64,000 bases of DNA from an uncultured bacterium (GTDB lineage: Bacteria; Hydrothermota; Hydrothermia; UBA1063; CAJXJZ01), in the NCBI GenBank assembly GCA_913055745.1, contig CAJXJZ010000005.1:1079-65078 (forward strand), read 5' to 3'. The number at the start of each line of letters is the position of its first letter. Positions within the stretch are counted from its first letter, which is position 1. Shown here one piece after another: positions 49,607-59,956 of the stretch. The position numbers and the translations under genes are program-made. The notes beneath the pieces are model-generated. The model saw only the letters and a program-made list of their open reading frames with translations. It was not told where the DNA came from and did not search any database.

Positions 49607-52296
49607 TGAAGATTGGAGCCATTATCCTTGCAGCAGGCTGCTCTGAGAGAATGGGAAGATACAAACTCACCATTGACATTGGAGGAAAATCCGTCATAGA
49701 GCACACCATAAGTGGCGTTTACAATATAGCAGATGACATAGTCCTGGTCATAGGATGCAAAAAAGAGGAACTAAAACATATCCCTTTAAAATACAGTAAG
49801 GTGAGACTTATAGAAAATCCCAATTACCAACTTGGCATGTTCTCCTCTGTCAAAAAAGGGCTTTCTGAAATAGAAGCAGATTACATCTTCATAATACCAG
49901 GTGATTGCCCCCTTATAAAAGAAGATATTTACAAAATCTTGCTTGAACAAAGAGACGGTGTTGTTGTGCCTTCTTATAAAAAAAGAGCAGGCCATCCAGT
50001 CATGGTAAATGAGCACTATGCCAAACTCATTTTAAAAGAGCCTGATACATCAAACCTCAAAAACTTTATGAAAAGACACAAAGTAAAATATGTAGAGGTT
50101 GAAGATGATGGCATTTTAATGGATATGGATAGAGAAGAAGACCTTAAAAAAATAAGAGAGAGAATAAAGATGCAGGATATATCAAAGCCCATAAGAAGGG
50201 TTGATGCACCAGAAAAGATAGGTGGTGTTGCACGGTTTGTGGACGACCATTTTGAAGAAGGGATGTTATATGTGAAAATCGTAAGGTCCACAAAACCAAG
50301 GGCAAGGATAAAGCATATAAAACTTCCTGACCTTCCAGATGGTTATGCCGTTGTTGATAGGCACGATGTGCCCCATCACAATAGGATAAAGATGATATTT
50401 GATGACTGGCCATTTTTTGCAGAGGATGTTGTAAACTATTACGGAGAGCCCATACTTGCCATTGTGGGACCAGACAGAGAAAAGGTATATGAACTTTCCC
50501 TTAAAGTGGAGATAGAATACGAAGACATCCCTCCCATATATACCATTGAGGAATCTGAGGAGAACAAAAAACCGCCCATTTTCAAAGATAACAACCTTTT
50601 TGCAGACTATTTTTATGAAAAAGGAGACATAGACCAGGCATTCAAGGAAGCCGATGAGATAATAGAGGAGGAGTTTAGAACAGGTTTTCAAGAACATATA
50701 TACCTTGAACCACAGGGAATGATTGCAAAGTACGAAAATGGAAAGATTACCGTATGGGGTTCAATGCAGTGTCCATACTATGTGAAAAATGCCCTTTTGG
50801 AGGCATTTGGATTTCCAGAAGATAAAATAAGGGTGGTGCAGACAACAACAGGTGGAGGCTTTGGTGGAAAAGAAGAATACCCTTCCCAGATTGCAGGTAT
50901 TGCTGCATTTTGTGCCTATAAGACCAAAAAGCCTGTGAAACTCATATACGACAGGGCAGAAGATGTTGAGTTTACAACAAAGAGACACCCATCGCGCACA
51001 AGGATAAAGGCTGCCATAAAGGATGGTAGGGTAACAGGCATTGAGTTTGATATTGCCTTAAATGCCGGTGCTTATGCAGGGCTTTCAAGTGTTGTCCTTC
51101 AAAGAGGGATGTTTGCAGCAACAGGTGCATACAACATACAAAATGTGCGGGTATTTGGGAAGGCATTTGCAACCAACATGGTGCCAATGGGCGCATTTAG
51201 AGGTTTTGGAGCACCTCAAGCCATCTATGCTATTGAGACATTTATGAACCATGTAGCAAAAAAACTTAAAAAAGACCCTATAGAATTTAAGTTGTCACAC
51301 AGGTATAAAAAGGGTGATACCACTGCAACAGGAGGGCTTTTAAGAAGCGAGGTAAGGCTTCCTGAAATCGTTCAAAAGATAGTTGATATGTCAAAATACC
51401 ATGAGAAAAAACACATAAAAGAAAAAAATGGCAAACTCTATGGCATTGGATTTTCCATGTTCCTACATGGATGTGGTTTTACAGGCAATGGTGAGGAGAT
51501 ATTAAAGAGCGTAGCAAGACTCAAAAAGAGAAAGGATAACAAGGTTGAAATCCTTGTATCCAATGTTGAGATGGGGCAAGGTCCACAAACAACATTGAGA
51601 AAGGTTGTAAGTGAGGCACTTGGCATTCCTTTAAGCGATGTAATTTATGATAACCCAGATACAGACAAGGTACCTGATTCAGGGCCCACAGTTGCATCCC
51701 GTACCGCAATGATAGTTGGTGGTCTTTTATATAGGGCCGCAATGGAACTTAAAGAAAAATGGGAGGATGGAAAAGAGATTATTGTTGAGAAACAATACAG
51801 ACATCCAGAGTATATAAAATGGGACCAGAAAACATTTCATGGTGATGCATATCCAGAATACTCATGGGGTGCCAATATCGTTGAGGTTGAGGTTGACCCC
51901 ATAACCTATGAGATAGATGTGAAAAAAGCCTATGGCGTGTTTGACCTTGGAACACCCCTTGACAGAAAGATAATAGAAGGGCAGATACATGGAGGAATGC
52001 TTCAGGGCATAGGTTATGCCACATTGGAGGTTATGGAGTTTGAAAATGGCAGGTTTAAGCAAAGAAATATCACAGACTACATAATACCAACAGTAATGGA
52101 CGCACCCAAATTTGAAACAGATCTTGTAGTAGAGCCCTACGAAAATGGGCCCTTTGGTGCAAAGTGCGCAGGAGAACTCCCCTTTGTAGGTGCTGCACCC
52201 AGTGTATGTGCTGCTGTAGAAGATGCACTTGGTATAAACTTATATGAGATCCCCATAAGACCAGAAAAATTACTTTCATTGATGGAGAAGAAGTAA
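49606..52296 (+). CDS. Fusion protein: N-terminal MocA/MobA-like molybdenum-cofactor cytidylyltransferase domain + xanthine dehydrogenase family molybdopterin-binding large subunit, copy 2
   Basis: Residues 1-190 carry GAIILAAGCSERMG...K and PGDCP motifs of MobA-like NTP transferases. Residues ~200-896 are a complete XDH-family Moco subunit (GGGFGGKE, GAFRGFGAPQ, AGELPF). Confidence 0.8.
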   Translation: MKIGAIILAAGCSERMGRYKLTIDIGGKSVIEHTISGVYNIADDIVLVIGCKKEELKHIPLKYSKVRLIENPNYQLGMFSSVKKGLSEIEADYIFIIPGDCPLIKEDIYKILLEQRDGVVVPSYKKRAGHPVMVNEHYAKLILKEPDTSNLKNFMKRHKVKYVEVEDDGILMDMDREEDLKKIRERIKMQDISKPIRRVDAPEKIGGVARFVDDHFEEGMLYVKIVRSTKPRARIKHIKLPDLPDGYAVVDRHDVPHHNRIKMIFDDWPFFAEDVVNYYGEPILAIVGPDREKVYELSLKVEIEYEDIPPIYTIEESEENKKPPIFKDNNLFADYFYEKGDIDQAFKEADEIIEEEFRTGFQEHIYLEPQGMIAKYENGKITVWGSMQCPYYVKNALLEAFGFPEDKIRVVQTTTGGGFGGKEEYPSQIAGIAAFCAYKTKKPVKLIYDRAEDVEFTTKRHPSRTRIKAAIKDGRVTGIEFDIALNAGAYAGLSSVVLQRGMFAATGAYNIQNVRVFGKAFATNMVPMGAFRGFGAPQAIYAIETFMNHVAKKLKKDPIEFKLSHRYKKGDTTATGGLLRSEVRLPEIVQKIVDMSKYHEKKHIKEKNGKLYGIGFSMFLHGCGFTGNGEEILKSVARLKKRKDNKVEILVSNVEMGQGPQTTLRKVVSEALGIPLSDVIYDNPDTDKVPDSGPTVASRTAMIVGGLLYRAAMELKEKWEDGKEIIVEKQYRHPEYIKWDQKTFHGDAYPEYSWGANIVEVEVDPITYEIDVKKAYGVFDLGTPLDRKIIEGQIHGGMLQGIGYATLEVMEFENGRFKQRNITDYIIPTVMDAPKFETDLVVEPYENGPFGAKCAGELPFVGAAPSVCAAVEDALGINLYEIPIRPEKLLSLMEKK

Positions 52297-52297
52297 A

Positions 52298-52774
52298 ATG
52301 AAGATAGACTTTATTGTGAATGGAAAAAAGGTAGAACTTGATACAAACCCCACAAGGCGTCTTTTAGATGTCCTAAGGGAGGATTTAGGCCTTTTGGGAA
52401 TAAAAGAGGGATGCGGAGAAGGAGAATGTGGCGCTTGTGCCGTTTTATTGGATGACAAGTTGGTACATTCCTGCCTTGTGCCTTTAGCCAATGCAAGAGG
52501 AAAAGAGATTTTAACCATTGAAGGTTTGAAAAACACAGAGGCATACAGGATTATACAGGATGCATTCTTAGATGCGGGCTCTGTTCAATGCGGGTTTTGC
52601 ACACCTGGCTTTGTTATGTCTACCTACGCCCTCTTAAAGAACAATCCAGATCCAAAAGAGGAAGATATAAAAAAGGCCATATCAGGCAACCTATGCCGAT
52701 GCACAGGGTATCAGATGATAATAGATGCCATTAAACTCGCAGCAAAAAGGGGTGAAAAACTATGGAAGGCTTAA
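52298..52774 (+). CDS. (2Fe-2S)-binding small subunit, copy 2
   Basis: CGEGECGACAVLLDD and QCGFCTPGFV motifs. Confidence 0.85.
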   Translation: MKIDFIVNGKKVELDTNPTRRLLDVLREDLGLLGIKEGCGEGECGACAVLLDDKLVHSCLVPLANARGKEILTIEGLKNTEAYRIIQDAFLDAGSVQCGFCTPGFVMSTYALLKNNPDPKEEDIKKAISGNLCRCTGYQMIIDAIKLAAKRGEKLWKA

Positions 52775-53610
52775 TACCAGAATCGCTCAATGAGGCTTTA
52801 GATGCGTTAAGCAAAGAGCGTTTTATACCTGTAGCAGGTGGCACAGACCTGATGGTAAGATACAAAAGGTGGAAGAACCTTACACCCGCTCTTCCATATC
52901 CACCACTGTTTATATCACAACTTAAGGAACTAAAAGGCATATACAGAGAAAACGGAGAAATAATAATAAAGAGCGCAACAGAACTCTCGGAGATAGAAAA
53001 ATCGCCCCTTGTGCCTTCAATACTACGAAAAGCCGTATCACAGATGGCATCACCTGGCATTAGAAACATGGGAACCATTGGTGGCAATATACAGAACGCT
53101 TCCCCTGCAGGTGATACGCTACCACCCCTTTATGTTTTAGACGCCAGGGTAGTACTTTTATCAAAAAACGAGAGAAGATGCCTTTATATATATGAGTTTA
53201 TTAAAGGACCTGGAAAGACAGAAAGACTTGATAACGAAATCATTTATGAAGTAAGATTCAAAATACCCACCCACACGCACGAATTCTACAGGAAAGTAGG
53301 GACAAGGAAAGCAAATGCACTTTCAAAACTCTCTGTTGCCGCTTTAGCACAGTTAAATGAAGAAGTTTTAGAAGATTTTCGCATAAGTTTTGGCGCAGTT
53401 GCACCAACTCCAATAAGGCGGATGGAGATAGAAGAAAGAATCAGAGGAAAAGCATTATCAAAACTTGATGATCACCTCATTGATGAGATCGCACATGCGT
53501 ATGAAAAACACATAAACCCCATAACAGACCAGCGCTCTGATAAGACATACAGAAAGAAAGTAACTCTCAGGCTATTAAAAGCATTCCTATACCAAATAAG
53601 GAGCAGGTAA
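52762..53610 (+). CDS. FAD-binding medium subunit, copy 2
   Basis: VAGGTDLMV and IRNMGTIGGNI motifs of molybdopterin dehydrogenase FAD-binding domains. Confidence 0.75.
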   Translation: MEGLIPESLNEALDALSKERFIPVAGGTDLMVRYKRWKNLTPALPYPPLFISQLKELKGIYRENGEIIIKSATELSEIEKSPLVPSILRKAVSQMASPGIRNMGTIGGNIQNASPAGDTLPPLYVLDARVVLLSKNERRCLYIYEFIKGPGKTERLDNEIIYEVRFKIPTHTHEFYRKVGTRKANALSKLSVAALAQLNEEVLEDFRISFGAVAPTPIRRMEIEERIRGKALSKLDDHLIDEIAHAYEKHINPITDQRSDKTYRKKVTLRLLKAFLYQIRSR

Positions 53611-53731
53611 AGGGTTTTGTCATAAGAGATAAATACTATGGATTTTATATTTCAATTTTCATAGAGTAAGAGGGAAAGTTTCTATCTTCTTTCTGATGTT
53701 TTTAATGTTTTTTTAGAGTATACGATATTTC

Positions 53732-54988
53732 CTATACTTTTTGGAGTATGACTATATACTCGTGATTCATTGTTGTATCACTCAAACCAGAGATATTGGT
53801 TGGGCTATTTTTCTTAGGCATTCTCTTGTTTGGAATCTCTCTTATTATTGTTTTTATGTGTTTAAAACCATTTCGCTCAAAAAATTCCCTTGTAATTTCA
53901 TCATTGGGAATTTGCACTCCCTTTACCTTTCTATTACCCACCACATATGCAACTATTCCTCCCTTCTTTACAACTTTTGAAACATTATTAATAGACTTTT
54001 CATAATCTATGTAAAAAGAAATAACATCAAAAACTCGTTTTTTGTCTCTCATTGCAATTTCTTCTAAAGCATGATCAAGTGGTTTAAACCCAAAACTCTT
54101 TGACACTTTTACTTTAAAGCCACCCATTGACCTTTTATCAACTTCATTTGTTTCCTCAAACTCTAACCATTGGTTAGAAAGTCTTGAAAACTGTCCATAA
54201 GCAACAGTAGTTCTTGAATCACCATAGGGAGGAGAGGTTATAACAATATCTATACTTTCAAAAGGTAGAATATTTTCTGGGATTTCATATACAGTATTAA
54301 AACCATAAATAAATGTTCTTGAAACATTCTTTTTAATAGAGATGTAATCTGCCATCCCATTTCTATTTCTTGTAAGTTTTCGAATCATTACAGATATAAC
54401 ATCTGGATTAAATTTTTCAATCTGTTTTTCGCTCATTCTGTATAGTTTGAATTCACTATTTCTTGTTAAGGAAACTTCTCTTACAGTTTCACTAAATGCT
54501 ACTTTGAAAAAATCTTGTATATTTTTGTCATCAATATTATCTATATACTCTTTTATAATCGCTAACATAAGCTGCGTATCTTTTTTGAACCAGTAATCTA
54601 TATTTTTGAAATTGGGAATTTGGGGACTAACTTTTTTTACACCAAGTTTAATTGAAAAGAGAAAATCGTTAAAATCTTTTAAATAAACATCTAATTCCTT
54701 TATAGGGATTACTGTAGTTTTTACCTTTGCTATTAGACGAGCCAACGGATTTATATCAGTTCCTATACCGTTAATTCCCCGTATATTTGCTTCCACTAAG
54801 GAAGTTCCTGTCCCACAATATGGGTCAAATAGAACTTTTGCATTTTTCCCAAATTCATCTAATATTCTTCCGGCCACTTGAGGAATCATCATTGCTGGAT
54901 AAGAATGAAAACAATGAGTATATTGTTTAGTATTTGCATCTCTGAAGTCCCAAGTATTATCTCTATATTTTTTTATTTTAGTTAGCAT
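53732..54988 (-). CDS. Type II DNA methyltransferase (amino-MTase, SPPY motif IV, likely N4-cytosine)
   Basis: Motif I FDPYCGTGTS and motif IV ITSPPYGD. AT-rich codon usage compared with neighbouring genes. Confidence 0.75.
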   Translation of the reverse strand: MLTKIKKYRDNTWDFRDANTKQYTHCFHSYPAMMIPQVAGRILDEFGKNAKVLFDPYCGTGTSLVEANIRGINGIGTDINPLARLIAKVKTTVIPIKELDVYLKDFNDFLFSIKLGVKKVSPQIPNFKNIDYWFKKDTQLMLAIIKEYIDNIDDKNIQDFFKVAFSETVREVSLTRNSEFKLYRMSEKQIEKFNPDVISVMIRKLTRNRNGMADYISIKKNVSRTFIYGFNTVYEIPENILPFESIDIVITSPPYGDSRTTVAYGQFSRLSNQWLEFEETNEVDKRSMGGFKVKVSKSFGFKPLDHALEEIAMRDKKRVFDVISFYIDYEKSINNVSKVVKKGGIVAYVVGNRKVKGVQIPNDEITREFFERNGFKHIKTIIREIPNKRMPKKNSPTNISGLSDTTMNHEYIVILQKV

Positions 54989-54998
54989 TGCATTTACT

Positions 54999-55721
54999 CT
55001 ATAAGAGTCTCTTGCGGTTTTCGTAAAGTTCTATTAAGTCCTTTTCTTTAATACGAAACGCTGTTCCTCTATTCCTAACAGATCCACTTTCTTTTAAATG
55101 CATTCTTAAATCAATTCCTATTATAGAGTCCTTAAATGCTTTAATGAATCTTCTTGGACCTGGATCTGTCAATAAATATGCTTCATTGTAATGAAAATAC
55201 TCTATTCCGTTCTCTACTTTCCTATCTGCTAGTACCAGTAAAACCCTGCTCAATTTTGTCATGAATTTACCTACAATAACATAGACATCCCATGTAGCTA
55301 AAACCTCACCAGTATTATCATCAGTTAAGTAAATGGTGTTTTTATTTTCGTATACTTCAAGAGATATCCCTTGTGCTATAACCTTTCCACAAAAAATTGT
55401 ATTTTTCAAAGCGTACCTACCTTTTTCGTCAATGTATCCGTATTTCAGTATAAGATCTCTTTGTTTAACATGCCAAACGCCTCTATTAAAAGTAAACAAA
55501 GTTACCATGGACTGGGAATACTTTCTTATTGTTTTTATCTCTACTCTTCCTCCTATATCTGGAATAGGTAGATTGTTTTCATGAATTTCTAAAAGTGATT
55601 CAAAGGTATAACCAATTCCAGTTGAACCACTCCTCATGGAGGGGATGAAACCCCTATTTTCTATTTCTTTGAGTTTCCTTTGCATTTCTTTAAGATTCAT
55701 CTCAAGCACCAACTTTATCAT
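54999..55721 (-). CDS. Candidate MvaI/BcnI-family type II restriction endonuclease, cognate to the adjacent methyltransferase
   Basis: 240 aa. The N-terminal block GSTGIGYTFESLLEI...PD.GG.VEIKT...TLFT resembles the MvaI/BcnI monomeric REase family. It sits immediately upstream of the MTase on the same strand. Confidence 0.5.
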   Translation of the reverse strand: MIKLVLEMNLKEMQRKLKEIENRGFIPSMRSGSTGIGYTFESLLEIHENNLPIPDIGGRVEIKTIRKYSQSMVTLFTFNRGVWHVKQRDLILKYGYIDEKGRYALKNTIFCGKVIAQGISLEVYENKNTIYLTDDNTGEVLATWDVYVIVGKFMTKLSRVLLVLADRKVENGIEYFHYNEAYLLTDPGPRRFIKAFKDSIIGIDLRMHLKESGSVRNRGTAFRIKEKDLIELYENRKRLL

Positions 55722-56286
55722 TTATATTGCCTACTACTTCGATTAACGTGTAAATCACACATCACTAAACATTTTGCTAAATTTCGTTATATTATATCTC
55801 CAATTCATTCATAACAATCTTTAACAAAATCACGATCACAAGAAATAACACTCATTTTTAACTTATCTTACCGGTCCTTATCCGCGATATTTTAAGCAGA
55901 TCATCGTAAATACTACTTATACCTACATTCAATACTTTTTTATTCATAAAATAAATATACAGATTAAACTCAGAACAGTCAAGCATTCGGCATTTTTCAA
56001 CAATAACATAAAGCAATGATAAGGTAAGGGAAAATTGAATTGAAGATAATATGTGTAGACACTCAATTTGACATAGTTTTTATATTAGAAATACAAAGAA
56101 TACTAAAAATAAATGGATAGAACATGATTAATTGTCGTATAGAATTACTTTTACAAAATTTATGTTTAGAAAAGTATATTATTTTATTTACAAAAATTCA
56201 AACATAGGACTAAAAATTGTTAAGTTATTAAATTAAATTTAATTTAACACACACATTCAAACATATTTTATTGAATAAAAATAAAA

Positions 56287-56308
56287 AAGTGGTGAGTTTC
56301 TAAGTGAG
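56287..56308 (-). other. 3' half of the 16S rRNA processing stem (pairs with 57921-57942)
   Basis: The 22-nt sequence aagtggtgagtttctaagtgag is the inverted complement (21/22) of ctcactcagaaactcaccactt on the other side of the 16S. This is a classical RNase III stem enclosing the 16S. Confidence 0.6.
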
Positions 56309-56337
56309 CAATTGATTTTCCTTTATTTTTCTCTTTA

Positions 56338-57912
<1,575 letters not shown>

Positions 57913-57920
57913 GAATATCA

Positions 57921-57942
57921 CTCACTCAGAAACTCACCACTT
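57921..57942 (-). other. 5' half of the 16S rRNA processing stem
   Basis: See the paired element at 56287-56308. Confidence 0.6.
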
Positions 57943-57984
57943 CATTTTCAAAGAGCATAAACCACCTTTTTTGTAAGTGTTAAT

Positions 57985-58013
57985 ATTATACCCCACCTGT
58001 TTCGTTTTGTCAA
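57985..58013 (-). promoter_or_regulatory. rRNA promoter: perfect TTGACA-17-TATAAT on the minus strand
   Basis: Reverse complement reads ctcTTGACAaaacgaaacaggtggggTATAATatt. -35 at 58013-58008, -10 at 57990-57985, about 70 nt upstream of the mature 16S 5' end, directly after the MFS gene stop. Confidence 0.6.
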
Positions 58014-58032
58014 GAGGTTATATCCACAACAT

Positions 58033-59154
58033 TCAAAATCCCTTATGTCTCAAGGGATACAGCAATACTATAATACTTGCCAAAAGAGAAACTAAAAAGG
58101 CATAAAAAAACGGATTCTTACTGTAAGACAATAACATCGGTGATATAGAGCCTATTGTTCCACTTACAAATCCAACCAAACCCACTGCTCCACCCCTCTC
58201 TGATAAAGATACATTTTCCATTACAACGGGCATGAAATATGTATAAACAGGCTGCAGGGAGACAAAGGCAAAGACAAGGATAAAAAGGGCAGAGAAGTTT
58301 AGGGACCAAAGGTATATTAAAAGGCCATGGAAAACAACAGAAAGACCCATTACAAGCCACATCCCAAACCTATGGGCTAATGCATAGAAAATGGGTATAA
58401 AGGCAATAGAAACGAGTGTTGAAATACCAAAAACAAGGGAAATGCTTCTCATATTGAGTCCTAAGACTTCTTTCATTATACTGGGTATAAAAGGACCATC
58501 TGCTGTTGAATAAAACACGAAAAAGGAAAGGGACACAAATGCTGTAATGATTAAAACCTCACGGGTTAATTTTGGAAAACGTACTTTATTCTGTGGAACT
58601 TCTCCTTGAGTTTTTACCAGATATCTAAGTACACTTACAACCACTTCTATTATAGCCGCGACAAAAATTACCGATGTGAGTGAAAGGTATTTTAAAAGCG
58701 CATATCCAAAAAAGGGCCCTATCAAAATACCAATGAGTGCAAAAAACTCTATTTGGGAAAAACCACGCATAGCATCCTCTTCAGCGTCATGGACAATTAC
58801 GCCTTGAGGTGGCAATTGCACCCCCCAAAGAAAATATACAATAAATAGGACAAAAACTATCAAAATTCTGCTTTTTAGGAAAGAAATTATAAATAAGGCG
58901 AGAGCAACAAGGAAGGTTGATAGCGCATAAAGGGTTCTTGGTGATATTCTCCTTAAAAATAATCCACCAGCGAGTTGCCCAAAGTTATAGGAAAACAGAA
59001 AAACAGTGTAAAAATAACCAAGACTTTTCTCAGAAAAGCCCAGGTCCGATAAAAAAACTGGCAAAAGATGATAGAACGAAAACACTGCTGTAAGGCTTAA
59101 GAGTAAAGAAAGCCCCACCAAAAGCACATCCCTTTTGAACCTCAAGAAAGACAT
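58033..59154 (-). CDS. MFS-type transporter (12 TM)
   Basis: 373 aa, highly hydrophobic with an MFS-like two-halves arrangement. Confidence 0.65.
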   Translation of the reverse strand: MSFLRFKRDVLLVGLSLLLSLTAVFSFYHLLPVFLSDLGFSEKSLGYFYTVFLFSYNFGQLAGGLFLRRISPRTLYALSTFLVALALFIISFLKSRILIVFVLFIVYFLWGVQLPPQGVIVHDAEEDAMRGFSQIEFFALIGILIGPFFGYALLKYLSLTSVIFVAAIIEVVVSVLRYLVKTQGEVPQNKVRFPKLTREVLIITAFVSLSFFVFYSTADGPFIPSIMKEVLGLNMRSISLVFGISTLVSIAFIPIFYALAHRFGMWLVMGLSVVFHGLLIYLWSLNFSALFILVFAFVSLQPVYTYFMPVVMENVSLSERGGAVGLVGFVSGTIGSISPMLLSYSKNPFFYAFLVSLLASIIVLLYPLRHKGF

Positions 59155-59227
59155 GGTTAAATATTATAAAACAAAAAAGTCGCCCATTCTTCTTTTAAAA
59201 ACGGCAAAATACTATTAAAATTTCATC

Positions 59228-59956
59228 ATGTTCGTATATGGAAAAAATCAAGTAGAGGAACTTTTAAGATACAATGGCAAAATAAAGACGCTCTATATTG
59301 CACATACATTTGTTCCAAAAGGTATTATCAAAGAATTTATTGAGAAAAATCCGAAAATCGTCAAAAAGGTTGAGCAGAAAGAAATTGTGAAAATCGCACA
59401 GAACAGAAAGGCAAGAGACATTGTTGCTATTTTAAGTGAATTTGAATATGAAAACCCCTACGACCTTGTAGACAAGGCTATAAAGGAACATGGCATACTC
59501 TTATACCTTGACCACATTGAAGACCCTGTAAATCTCGGAGCCATTATAAGAAGTGCCGCCGCATTTGAAGCAAAAGGTATTATAATACCAAAGAACAGGG
59601 CATGTAGGATTACACCAACTGTCATTCGTGTATCTGAAGGATTCGCCTTTAAGATACCTTTAGCGATGATAACAAATCCCATGAATTTTATTAAAGAAGC
59701 GAAAAAGCATGGCCTTTTTGTAGCATCTTTGGAGCGTGGTGGGCATCCTTTAAATAAGACTTCCTTTCCAAAGCCCCTGTTATTGGTTGCTGGCTCTGAG
59801 GGAAAAGGCGTGTCAAGAAAAATCCTTGAGCACTCTGATATCATCATAAGTATAGAACAGTCAAAAGATGTAAATTCACTAAATGTGCATGTTGCTGTTT
59901 CCATTGCCCTATGGAAGGCTTTTACTGAAAATCAAGAGTCGTCCCAAAGGAAATAA
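59228..59956 (+). CDS. SpoU/TrmH-family RNA 2'-O-methyltransferase (RlmB-like)
   Basis: SPOUT motifs LDHIEDPVNLGAIIRSAAAF, LLLVAGSEGKGVS, ISIEQSKDVNSLNVHVAVSIAL. Confidence 0.8.
   Translation: MFVYGKNQVEELLRYNGKIKTLYIAHTFVPKGIIKEFIEKNPKIVKKVEQKEIVKIAQNRKARDIVAILSEFEYENPYDLVDKAIKEHGILLYLDHIEDPVNLGAIIRSAAAFEAKGIIIPKNRACRITPTVIRVSEGFAFKIPLAMITNPMNFIKEAKKHGLFVASLERGGHPLNKTSFPKPLLLVAGSEGKGVSRKILEHSDIIISIEQSKDVNSLNVHVAVSIALWKAFTENQESSQRK

Noticed and set aside
55722-56337. ITS tRNA-Ile/tRNA-Ala or the start of 23S downstream of 16S
   Set aside because: The stretch is about 75% AT with no GC-rich cloverleaf-capable segments and no 23S 5' consensus. The next features are the R-M genes.
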